A stretch of 63,866 bases of DNA, filler included. It is 8 parts of 8 records of this genome, joined end to end, with 100 filler letters (N's around TTAATTAATTAA, not from the genome) between each part and the next. Parts side by side here need not be neighbours in the genome. Positions count along the whole stretch, not along the records: positions 51,117 to 58,422 come from SRR2962707_4841; positions 58,523 to 63,866 come from SRR2962707_4891; 6 more parts are not named here. The stretch is one strand, 5' to 3'. Below the pieces are notes generated by a model. It worked only from the letters and a program-made list of their open reading frames with translations. It was not told the DNA's origin and did no database searches. Of this stretch, positions 55,201 through 63,866 are shown one piece after another; within the stretch, counting starts at the first letter, position 1; every line of letters starts with the position of its first letter. A program made the position numbers and the translations under genes.

Positions 55201-58200
55201 CTCGATTCCGTCTCATGGTTCAAAAAATTGCCGCACGCCAACACCATTTCCAGCAACGCCTTTAGCTTCTTTGAACTCCGGATCTGCACCATGCAACAAA
55301 ATGCAAAGCTCCTTGAACAAAACCAGTTCCTCGGCTATCAACAAGCATGGATGGTTGCATGATTCTCATAATACCTCACGAATCGCATTGGCGATAAGTT
55401 TTGCCGAGTTAGCCACAACTTCGAGAGAGGTCTGCCACAACAACAAGCGTAATCATGTGTCTTTTTGATGGCAAAGCAGAATAATTCATTGCAGGTCAAG
55501 GCCAGTCGTGTCAATGCTTCCCAAAAACGAGCAAAACGCACCGGAAGATTGCTTTTAAAAAGCATGCAATCAAGTCGTGTGCGCAAGCGCGGAATCTTCA
55601 GCATTTCGAGCATAAATTGCTCAACCTTTCATGCAATTAGAGACAAAGGCAGAGTCAACACTCTGTGCGCACCGCGCAACCACACACACACACACATGCT
55701 GAAGACCAGCTTTTACGACGAACATGATTCAACCGATTCTTCTGGCTCGGTGGGATCTCAGCGAGCGCCTGTTGGCAGGGGAGAGAGCCAAGACATTCGA
55801 ACAGAGCGTATGAAGTTGCATGTAATGTAGGAACACGGCGTCACGACACTGGTTGACAAGATGTTGTTCGCACCTTAGCCTCCTCAAAATCGGCCAAGCA
55901 ATTTCCATAAACGATGTTGCTAACAAGCTGCGGCGTCACAATGTTTTCGTCCATGCTCACCATGGCCGCGCGAAGCGTCGAAAAATTATGCTGCACATGC
56001 ACAATACCACAAACATCAAGTAAGCTGCGCCGTTCCTGCATGCCAGGTTCCACTAATAAAGAGAAATAACACAGTTTCAGAAAATAAAGAAGCAAACGAA
56101 GAGCTCACCTTGAGCTTTGATAACGCAATGCCAATCTTGTGAACGCGCCCAGAGTCGACGATGTTAGCTTTCTCCACTTTGTCGCTCTTCCCGCCTGCTT
56201 TTCCGCCCTTTCCGCCCTTTCCTGGCCCATGCATTCCCATGCCAGGTCTTCCTCTTAAAATTGCGAAAGTGCCTCACTGTCCTTCTTTTTTCGAAATTGA
56301 CAAACATCAGAAACAACAGGTGCAAGTCCGACTGCGCACCTTTGTCGTCTTTTTTCGCTTGTGTTTTCGCAAACAAACTGGCGAGCTCTTTCGTCTGGGC
56401 GCAACCCATTACAACGACACGCCAAGAGCACATGCACATACTTAGGCGTCATTGTGCCATGCAAACACCGCAATCATCGCAATCAAACAAGGCGTTCGAT
56501 CTGATGGTAATTGTTGGTCTCTAAAGCGCCAATGAGCAACCAACGTGCTTACCTTAACCGCCGGTTTGTGTAGCTTGACCCACACTGTGCCTTCGACGTC
56601 ATCTTTTTTCAGTTTTTCCCAGAAAATCTAGTTTCAGGAGCGGCCAACAGCAGCAAGCAGTATGGGCTACCTGTGCATTCTGTCCGCAAAACAACGTGCA
56701 ATCCATCCACCTGAACAAATCGTGCTGACAGTGTACAACATCCAGCTTTACCTGCCGCAGCGTGTTCGGCTTTGCTTTCTTCTTTTTTTTGGCAAGCTTT
56801 TTAATGTTGTTGGCAGTCTGCGACAAGTAAAAAGTGCACCTCAAGGAGTCAAAGACAGTGGCAAGCTCGTGCGCAAATTCAAAGCAACAGCAACCAACGC
56901 AAGAACTCGATAGCACTGCACGCACCTTGACTGTCAAGGCCATTGGCGGGGGTGGAGGACCAGGCGGACCTCCCATTCTGAAACACGTGTATAAATTCAC
57001 AAACGAAGATTAGCTGCGCATATCCCGACAAGTCACACATCGTCTAATGCTACCCCGCAGCTCGAAGAGCCAGGCATGCACCAATTTGTCAACCGACGTA
57101 CCCGCCCATGGGTGGCGGAGGTGGAACCGATCCTCCTGGTGCCATGCCTACAAGCCGAGAGATATTGACGTCACATCGGTGCATGTAAAGACTCAGTGGT
57201 GCGCGTGATACACTGTCAGACCGGTGAGAATGATTTCGAGTGAAAAACGTTTCTGTGCAGAGGAACGTACCTGGCGGAGGGGGAATACCAGCACCCATGC
57301 CTGGTGGCGGTGGAATTCCCGCGCCCATTCCAGGTGGAGGGGGAATACCCCCGCCCATTCCAGGTGGAGGGGGAATGCCCCCGCCCATTCCAGGCGGTGG
57401 AGGGATTCCTGGGCCTCCCATGCCTGGTGGCGGCGGGATCCCCTGGCCCCCCATTCCTGGTGGCGGCGGGATGCCGGCACCACCAACGCCAGGCGGGGGT
57501 GGAGTACCCTGGCCTCCACCAGTTCCTGGAGGAGATGGGACGGCACCCGAAGCGCCAGGATGCACCGCAGCAACCATGCCCCCAGCGGAGGGAGCTGAGC
57601 CAGGCACCTGCGGTGCACCTCCGGCAACCATTGAAGCACTCGGTCCATCATGCTCAAGATCCTTCAGCACCTGTTGAACTCGTTCTTTCTCAAGCTCGAA
57701 TGCCTCGGGACCAAACTCTGTCAAAAGCCTTGACCGGAGGGGTACGTACGTCATTTTGCTTCCACTCAACATGCTGGCCTCGGCGATGTCGTATGCCCGC
57801 CGTGCAACCCGTCCGCCACAATTGGCAGGCCCGATGAGGAACTAAACACGAAGTATCGCATTCAAAACCCAGATGAACATCACGTCGCTTCATGACTTGC
57901 CATGAAAATCGAAAAAAAAATAGTAAACAGCGCCACACAGCAGACGACCTCGACAAATTCGTCTGAGCGTCGTGATGGAGCATAGGCCAGAAGCTTCTTG
58001 AGATATTTTTCTGCAAGGATCGGAGTCCGTCCATGCGGCAACAACACAACCAAGTGAGGTGAGTGTTGTGATTTTAAACCACGCGCGGGGCATGCACTTT
58101 GCGCAGTAGCGTGAGTGCATACGCTACACCGCGATGACCGGTCGCAGCTACTCACCAAGTTTTCTCTGGCGCTTCCTGAGAAAAGGCATTTCCAGCGATC

Positions 58201-58390
58201 TCCTGAAAATGACACCAGCATTCGATGAATCGACAAGGTGCAATTATGCACACCAGCACAGAAGCACTCGTCCAGGCGAAACTGTTACCACGACGCACCC
58301 GAATGTCTTCTTGGGCAGGTTGGGCAGGTTTTTGTAGTTCTTTGCCAGGCGGTTCGACAGCAAACGGAAGTCGTTGAATCGATGCTTGAC
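52273..58390 (-). CDS. Formin with PX domain, FH1, FH2 and LRKT-repeat tail; 5' end missing; about 28 exons
   Basis: [40 protein letters not shown]1: (GIPPPPGMG)n. FH2: [52 protein letters not shown]; stop at 52273. Confidence 0.9.
57270..57530 (-). repeat. FH1 coding tandem repeat, about 30-33 bp period (GIPPPPGMG[GA])
   Basis: cccattccaggtggagggggaat units. Confidence 0.9.
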
Positions 58391-58422
58391 CTAACAGCAA
58401 AAGCCAAAAAAAAAAAAAAAAA

Positions 58423-58522
58423 NNNNNNNNNNNNNNNNNNNNNNNNNNNNNNNNNNNNNNNNNNNNTTAATTAATTAANNNNNNNNNNNNNNNNNNNNNN
58501 NNNNNNNNNNNNNNNNNNNNNN
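58423..58522. other. Artificial contig linker
   Basis: N-run + TTAATTAATTAA + N-run. Confidence 0.99.
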
Positions 58523-58954
58523 CGCAAGATCATCGTCGACACCTATGGCGGCTGGGCGCCTCACGGCGGTGGCGCCTTCTCCGGCAAGGACCCGACGAAG
58601 GTTGACCGTTCGGCGGCTTATGCGTCGCGCTACCTCGCGAAAAACGTTGTCGCAGCAGGCCTTTCCGAGCGTTGCACCATCCAGCTCGCCTATGCGATCG
58701 GCGTCTCGAAGCCGCTGTCGATCTATTGCGATCTGCACGGCACCGGCAAGGTCGAGGAAGAAGCGATCGAGAAGGCCGTTGCGAAGTGCATGGACCTTTC
58801 CCCGCGTGGCATCCGCGAGCATCTCGGCCTCAACAAGCCGATTTATGAGCGCACCGCCGCCTATGGCCACTTCGGACGCCAGCCGGATTCCGATGGCGGT
58901 TTCTCCTGGGAGAAGACCGACATCGCCGACAAGATCGCGGCTGAAATTCGCTAA
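58523..58954 (+). CDS. metK: S-adenosylmethionine synthetase, 3' part
   Basis: [46 protein letters not shown]; frame absent from the ORF track. Confidence 0.97.
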   Translation, partial: RKIIVDTYGGWAPHGGGAFSGKDPTKVDRSAAYASRYLAKNVVAAGLSERCTIQLAYAIGVSKPLSIYCDLHGTGKVEEEAIEKAVAKCMDLSPRGIREHLGLNKPIYERTAAYGHFGRQPDSDGGFSWEKTDIADKIAAEIR

Positions 58955-58970
58955 AGATCACGGTGCCCGT

Positions 58971-59717
58971 GTGAGCGGCGAACGCGACAATTCTCGCCGT
59001 CACGTCTACGGCCGCATCAAGGGCAAGGCCTTGCGGTCGCGCCAGGCGAATTTGATGGAGACCCTCTTCCCGAGGGTCTCCATTTCTCTTGGAACCGGCT
59101 CCACGAGCGAAGGTCCTCTCGATCCGCACACACTTTTCGGCGATGCCGATGATATCTGGCTCGAGATCGGTTTCGGCGGCGGTGAACATCTCGTCCATCA
59201 GGCGGAAACTCATCCGCGTGTGGGTATTATGGGCTGTGAGCCCTTCGTGAACGGCGTTGCGAAGCTCGTCGCCGAGATCGATGCGCGCGCCCTCTCCAAT
59301 GTGCGCATCCTGAACGACGATGCGCGCTTCCTGCTGGAGCGCCTCGCGCCTGCCTCGCTCGCGCGCGTCTTCATTCTCTATCCCGATCCCTGGCCGAAAA
59401 AGCGCCACAACAAGCGCCGCTTCGTCAATCAGGAGACACTCGGCTTTCTGGCGTCCGCGCTGAAGCCCGGCGGCGAACTCCGCTTCGCCAGCGACATTCC
59501 CGACTATGTTGCCTGGACGCTCGCTCATATCACCCGCTTCAACCGTGAGCAGGGCGAGACATTCATTTGGGGCGCTGAAGGCGCGTCTGGCTGGCGCACA
59601 CCCTATGAGGACTGGCCGGGCACGCGCTATGAGGCAAAGGCGATCCGCGAAGGCCGCACACCTGCCTATCTCAGCTTTCGCAGGGCTTGCCCTGAGCCCC
59701 AAAAAAGCGCTATATAA
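58971..59717 (+). CDS. trmB: tRNA (guanine-N7)-methyltransferase
   Basis: LEIGFGGGEH, GCEPF, YPDPWPKKRHNKRR, TRYEAKA; GTG start. Confidence 0.95.
   Translation: MSGERDNSRRHVYGRIKGKALRSRQANLMETLFPRVSISLGTGSTSEGPLDPHTLFGDADDIWLEIGFGGGEHLVHQAETHPRVGIMGCEPFVNGVAKLVAEIDARALSNVRILNDDARFLLERLAPASLARVFILYPDPWPKKRHNKRRFVNQETLGFLASALKPGGELRFASDIPDYVAWTLAHITRFNREQGETFIWGAEGASGWRTPYEDWPGTRYEAKAIREGRTPAYLSFRRACPEPQKSAI
59687..59716 (+). promoter_or_regulatory. Probable sigma70 promoter of the rimP operon inside the trmB 3' end
   Basis: TTGCCC-N18-TATATA. Confidence 0.5.
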
Positions 59718-59743
59718 GCGCCAACAAGTCAGCGACGCTCTAG

Positions 59744-59782
59744 AGAGTGGGCTGTCTCCGGAAACGGGGGCCCGCTTTTTTT
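59744..59782 (+). terminator. rimP leader hairpin/attenuator
   Basis: AGAGTGGGC...CTCCG-GAAA-CGGGG-GCCCGC followed by T7, directly upstream of rimP. Confidence 0.75.
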
Positions 59783-59824
59783 GTTATCTGGGGCCCGGGC
59801 TGACGACAATTTGGAGAGTGGCCA

Positions 59825-60448
59825 TTGGCCTCCACGGGTCTCGACAGGAAGACGGACGGCGAAGCAGCGGATCTCGCGCTGCTGGATACGCATCTGGTCG
59901 CGCCTGCCGGTGTCGCGCGCAAGGTGTTCGAGCTGCTGCGCGGTCCCGCCGAAGGCATCGGCTTCGAGATCGTGCGCATTCGGTTTGGCCTTCAGGACGG
60001 TCAGACATTGCAGATCATGGCCGAGCGCGCCGATGGCACCATGTCGGTCGAGAATTGCGAAGAGCTCTCGCGCACCCTCTCTGCGGTGCTCGATGTCGAG
60101 GACCCGATCCCCGGCGAATACAATCTCGAAGTCTCCTCGGCGGGCATCGACCGTCCGCTGACGCGTCCGAAGGATTTCGAACGCTGGCAGGGTTTCGAGG
60201 CAAAGATCGAACTCACCGAAGCGGTCGGCGGACGCAAGCGGTTCCGCGGCCTGCTTCAGGGCGTTGAGGACGGCGAGATCCTCGTCGAAAGCGACGTTGA
60301 AGGTTTTTCGGAGCCGCAGGTTCTCGGCCTGCCGTTCCAGAAGTTGAGCGAGGCGAAGCTCATGATGAGCGACGACCTCATTAGGGAAAGTCTCAAAAGA
60401 CAGGGCCGGGCGGCGAACGATCCCGACGCCCCCGCCGACGGAGAATAA
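59825..60448 (+). CDS. rimP: Ribosome maturation factor RimP (start uncertain)
   Basis: TLQIMAER, LDVEDPI..YNLEVSSAGIDRPL, GRKRFRG. Confidence 0.95.
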   Translation: MASTGLDRKTDGEAADLALLDTHLVAPAGVARKVFELLRGPAEGIGFEIVRIRFGLQDGQTLQIMAERADGTMSVENCEELSRTLSAVLDVEDPIPGEYNLEVSSAGIDRPLTRPKDFERWQGFEAKIELTEAVGGRKRFRGLLQGVEDGEILVESDVEGFSEPQVLGLPFQKLSEAKLMMSDDLIRESLKRQGRAANDPDAPADGE

Positions 60449-60451
60449 AGA

Positions 60452-62074
60452 ATGGCACCGGCAGTAAGCGCGAACCGGCTTGAACTGTTGCAGATCGCAG
60501 ACGCAGTCGCGCGCGAGAAGTCGATCGACCGCGAGGTCGTGATCGAGGCGATGGCCGAGGCGATCCAGAAGGCCGCGCGGTCCCGCTACGGCGCGGAAAA
60601 CGAAATTCGCGCGCGCATCAATGCGACCACCGGCGAAATTCGTCTCGTGCGCCTTCTCGAGGTTGTGGACGCGGTCGACAACGACGCCGTGCAGATTGAC
60701 GTGAAGTCGGCGCAGCGCCGCAACCCCGCCGCTCAGCTCGGCGACCTCATCGAGGACGAACTGCCGCCGGTCGATTTCGGCCGCATCGCCGCACAGACCG
60801 CGAAGCAGGTCATCGTGCAGAAGGTGCGCGATGCCGAGCGCGAGCGTCAGTACGACGAATACAAGGACCGCATCGGCGAAATCGTCAACGGCATCGTCAA
60901 GCGCGTTGAATACGGCAACGTCATCGTCGATCTCGGCCGCGGCGAAGCCATCGTGCGCCGCGACGAGCTTCTCCCGCGCGAAACCTTTCGCAACGGCGAT
61001 CGCATTCGCGCCTATATTTACGACGTCCGCCGCGAGCAGCGCGGCCCGCAGATTTTTCTCTCGCGCTCGCATCCCCAGTTCATGGCGAAGCTCTTCGCGC
61101 AGGAAGTACCGGAAATCTACGACGGCATCATCGAGATCAAGGCCGTCGCCCGTGATCCCGGCAGCCGCGCCAAGATTGCCGTGCTCTCCAACGACAGCTC
61201 CATTGATCCCGTCGGCGCCTGCGTCGGCATGAGGGGGTCGCGCGTGCAGGCCGTCGTCAACGAACTGCAGGGCGAGAAGATCGACATCATCCAGTGGTCG
61301 CCCGACGCCGCCACCTTCATCGTGAACGGGCTCGCGCCGGCGGAAGTCGTCAAGGTGGTGCTCGACGAAGATACGCAGCGTATTGAAGTCGTGGTTCCCG
61401 ATGACCAGCTGTCTCTTGCGATCGGCCGCCGCGGACAGAACGTGCGCCTCGCCTCGCAGCTGACCGGCTGGGACATCGACATCCTGACCGAAGCCGAAGA
61501 GAGCGAGCGCCGCCAGGCCGAGTTCCTGAGCCGCACCGCCACCTTCGCCGAGGCGCTCGATGTCGACGAGATGATCGCCCAGCTCCTCGCCTCCGAAGGC
61601 TTCTCCTCGATCGAGGAAGTGGCTTATGTCGATCTCGACGAAATCGCCGACATCGAAGGCTTCGACGAGGACACGGCACAGGAAATCCAGAGCCGCGCCC
61701 TCGAATATATCGAGCGCCAGAATGCCGAATTCGATGCGAAACGCCGTGAGCTTGGCGTCGCCGACGAAGTGGGCGACGTCGAAGGCGTCACGCCGAAAAT
61801 GCTGGTTGCCTTTGGCGAGAACGACGTCAAGAGCGTCGAGGACCTCGCGGGCTGCGCCACCGACGATCTCGTCGGCTGGAACGAGACTGTGAACGGTGAG
61901 CGCAAGCATCAGCAGGGCATCCTCGAAAGCTTCGATATCTCGGCCGATGAGGCGAACGACCTGATCATGAAGGCGCGCCTCAAGGCCGGCTGGATCACCG
62001 AGGCCGATCTCGCGCCTGCGGAAGAAGAAGGCGAAGAAGCAGAAGGCGCGGACGAGGTTGGCGAAGAAGCCTGA
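60452..62074 (+). CDS. nusA: Transcription termination/antitermination factor NusA
   Basis: [47 protein letters not shown], acidic C-terminal repeats. Confidence 0.98.
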   Translation: MAPAVSANRLELLQIADAVAREKSIDREVVIEAMAEAIQKAARSRYGAENEIRARINATTGEIRLVRLLEVVDAVDNDAVQIDVKSAQRRNPAAQLGDLIEDELPPVDFGRIAAQTAKQVIVQKVRDAERERQYDEYKDRIGEIVNGIVKRVEYGNVIVDLGRGEAIVRRDELLPRETFRNGDRIRAYIYDVRREQRGPQIFLSRSHPQFMAKLFAQEVPEIYDGIIEIKAVARDPGSRAKIAVLSNDSSIDPVGACVGMRGSRVQAVVNELQGEKIDIIQWSPDAATFIVNGLAPAEVVKVVLDEDTQRIEVVVPDDQLSLAIGRRGQNVRLASQLTGWDIDILTEAEESERRQAEFLSRTATFAEALDVDEMIAQLLASEGFSSIEEVAYVDLDEIADIEGFDEDTAQEIQSRALEYIERQNAEFDAKRRELGVADEVGDVEGVTPKMLVAFGENDVKSVEDLAGCATDDLVGWNETVNGERKHQQGILESFDISADEANDLIMKARLKAGWITEADLAPAEEEGEEAEGADEVGEEA

Positions 62075-62702
62075 CGCAGAGCGGGACGGGCCGGAACGCC
62101 GCTGCATCGTTTCCGGTGAAAGCGGCGGCAAGGACGGGCTGATCCGCTTCGTGCTGGATCCCGAGGACCGCGTTGTGCCGGACCTCGCCGAAAAGCTGCC
62201 CGGTCGTGGCCTTTGGGTCACGGCGGTCCGCGAAACGGTTGAAAAGGCGGCCCTGAAGGGTCATTTCGCAAAGGCTGCCAAGGCCCCAGCGAAAGCCGAC
62301 CCGGAGCTTGCGGACCTCGTCGAGCGTCTGCTCGCCCGCCGTGCCGCCGATGCGCTTGGCCTTGCCCGCAAGGCCGGAGCCCTTGAAACGGGCTTCGAAA
62401 AGGTCCTGACGGCCATCGGAAGAGGGCGGATCGCCGCTCTCATCGAGGCGCGTGACGGCGCCGAGGATGGCCGCCGCAAGCTCGAACAGCGCCTCAGGGT
62501 GATGAAAGAGCAAGGAATTCTGGGCGATGTGCCCGTTCTCGACCCCCTTTGGGCGGACGAAATGGGTTTGGCATTGGGCCGCGGAAATGTGATACATGCA
62601 GCCCTGATCCCGGGGCGCATGCAGGCGAAAGTCGTGGCGGAGCTGGCCAGGCTCGCGCGTTATGGGCGGAAACCCCGCCCGGAAGATGCCGCTGCCGTGT
62701 GA
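62058..62702 (+). CDS. YlxR/DUF448 RNA-binding protein fused to an L7Ae-like domain
   Basis: PERRCIV, LIRFV, LPGRGLW, LGLARKAG, ALGRGNVIHAAL; TTG start. Confidence 0.9.
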   Translation: MAKKPDAERDGPERRCIVSGESGGKDGLIRFVLDPEDRVVPDLAEKLPGRGLWVTAVRETVEKAALKGHFAKAAKAPAKADPELADLVERLLARRAADALGLARKAGALETGFEKVLTAIGRGRIAALIEARDGAEDGRRKLEQRLRVMKEQGILGDVPVLDPLWADEMGLALGRGNVIHAALIPGRMQAKVVAELARLARYGRKPRPEDAAAV

Positions 62703-62731
62703 GTGCGCGGGAAAGTTGACGAAGGATACGA

Positions 62732-63866
62732 ATGACCGATCAGGCCGATACGAGCGAACGCAAACCGAAAGCCGCGGGCGGGAAAACCCTCAGCCTCAAG
62801 CGGACGGTGGAATCTGGCCATGTGCGCCAGAACTTTTCGCATGGGCGCTCGAAATCGGTCGTGGTCGAAAAGAAGAAGAAGCGGACGCTGAAGACCGGTG
62901 GTGAGGCAGCCCCTGCCGCGCCCGCCGAGGAAAAGCCGAAACCGGCCGCCAAGGCAGCGCCTGCCCCCGCGCCCGAGCCGAAGGCCGAGGCGGCGCCTGC
63001 CCCCGCGCCTGCCCCCGAGAAAAAATCACAGAGCCGCTCCCGCTCCGGCGTCGTGCTGCGCACGCTGACCGAAGAGGAAAAGAATGCCCGCGCCCAGGCG
63101 CTCGACAGCGCGCGCGAGCGCGAAGGCGAGGACCGGCGCAAGGCCGAGGAAGAAGCAAAGCGCTTTGCCGAGGAAGACGAGCGCCGCGAGCAGGAGCGCG
63201 CCGCCGCCGCCGCGCGCGCGGCGGAGGAAGCAGCGCGTCTTGCCGCCGAGCAGGAAGCACGCAATCGCTCTGCTGACGATTCACGGCATCGCGAAGACGA
63301 CCGCCCGCCCGCGCCTGCCCGTCCCAGCGGCAAGGAGCTGACCGCCGAGGAGGTCGAAGACGACGAAAAGCCGAAGCGCAGTGCCGGTCATGCTGCGCCG
63401 AAGCAGCCGCCCGCCCGCCGCGTTGAAGAACGCCGCCGCGGCAAGCTCACCATTACCAAGGCCTTCGACGACGATAGCGGCCGCCAGCGTTCGCTCGCTT
63501 CCATGCGCCGCCGCGTCGAGCGCGAGCGCAAGAAGCACATGGGTGTGCAGGATGCGCCGCAAAAGGTTATCCGCGACGTCGTCATTCCTGAAGTCATCAC
63601 CATCCAGGAACTCGCGAACCGCATGGCGGAGCGCGCGGTGGATGTCATGAAGATCCTGATGAAGCAGGGCATCATGCTGCAGATCAACGATGTGATCGAC
63701 AGCGACACCGCCCAGCTCGTCGCCGAGGAACTCGGCCACACCGTGAAGCGCGTAGCGGAATCGGACGTGGAAGAAGGTCTTGTCGGCGAAGACGATGCCG
63801 CCGAGCAGAAAAAGCCGCGCGCACCCGTCGTTACCGTCATGGGCCATGTCGACCACGGCAAGACCT
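62732..63866 (+). CDS. infB: Translation initiation factor IF-2, 5' part
   Basis: [46 protein letters not shown] at window end. Confidence 0.97.
   Translation, partial: MTDQADTSERKPKAAGGKTLSLKRTVESGHVRQNFSHGRSKSVVVEKKKKRTLKTGGEAAPAAPAEEKPKPAAKAAPAPAPEPKAEAAPAPAPAPEKKSQSRSRSGVVLRTLTEEEKNARAQALDSAREREGEDRRKAEEEAKRFAEEDERREQERAAAAARAAEEAARLAAEQEARNRSADDSRHREDDRPPAPARPSGKELTAEEVEDDEKPKRSAGHAAPKQPPARRVEERRRGKLTITKAFDDDSGRQRSLASMRRRVERERKKHMGVQDAPQKVIRDVVIPEVITIQELANRMAERAVDVMKILMKQGIMLQINDVIDSDTAQLVAEELGHTVKRVAESDVEEGLVGEDDAAEQKKPRAPVVTVMGHVDHGKT

Noticed and set aside
14618-58298. Introns as introner elements
   Set aside because: By eye I found no shared internal sequence, terminal inverted repeats or target duplications; an all-versus-all BLASTN would be decisive
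13874-58390. Fragmented ORFs as pseudogenes or an alternative genetic code
   Set aside because: Removing GT/GC-AG introns restores conserved motifs under the standard code, and a 3.3-kb ORF is open without reassignment
58545-58970. Long N-terminal extension of TrmB in the ORF track
   Set aside because: Out-of-frame overlap with metK; GTG at 58971 is the plausible start
59729-62221. 830-aa minus-strand ORF
   Set aside because: Antisense shadow of rimP/nusA caused by high GC3; no recognisable motifs
62956-63016. GCGCCTGCCCCCGCGCC repeats as a mobile or regulatory element
   Set aside because: They encode the ordinary Ala/Pro linker of IF-2

Overview
This window is not one genome. It is eight unrelated contigs joined by artificial 100-nt linkers (N-run, TTAATTAATTAA, N-run). 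Three contigs are alphaproteobacterial. 1-13739 is Rhodobacteraceae-like (patB-type lyase, GST-Xi, smc, GntR, F0 ATP synthase operon, ArsR, DMT, LysR/azoR, ffh). 29954-38387 is a Tad/Cpa pilus locus with several CtrA boxes and a 57-aa Flp pilin missed by the ORF track. 58523-63866 is metK-trmB-rimP-nusA-ylxR-infB. The other five (13840-22040, 22141-29853, 38488-44319, 44420-51016, 51117-58422) come from an intron-rich microbial eukaryote whose lineage I cannot determine. Manual splicing of about 90 short introns gives an M42-like peptidase, a bacterial-type 5-oxoprolinase, a membrane-anchored Cys/His-motif protein, a DNAJC7-like co-chaperone, a fused beta-alpha cobalt nitrile hydratase, an intronless BART/ZnF/ankyrin/WW protein, a sarcosine-oxidase-like flavoenzyme, a GH89 NAGLU with an inserted Cys-rich module, and a PX-FH1-FH2 formin with seven LRKT-like tail motifs. 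The most notable points are: (i) several prokaryote-type catabolic enzymes, including the fused nitrile hydratase, carry mitochondrial-type presequences; (ii) the PX-domain formin; (iii) relaxed splice signals with four GC-AG introns; (iv) every eukaryotic contig is a tail-to-tail gene pair. All gene models are manual and no database searches were run.
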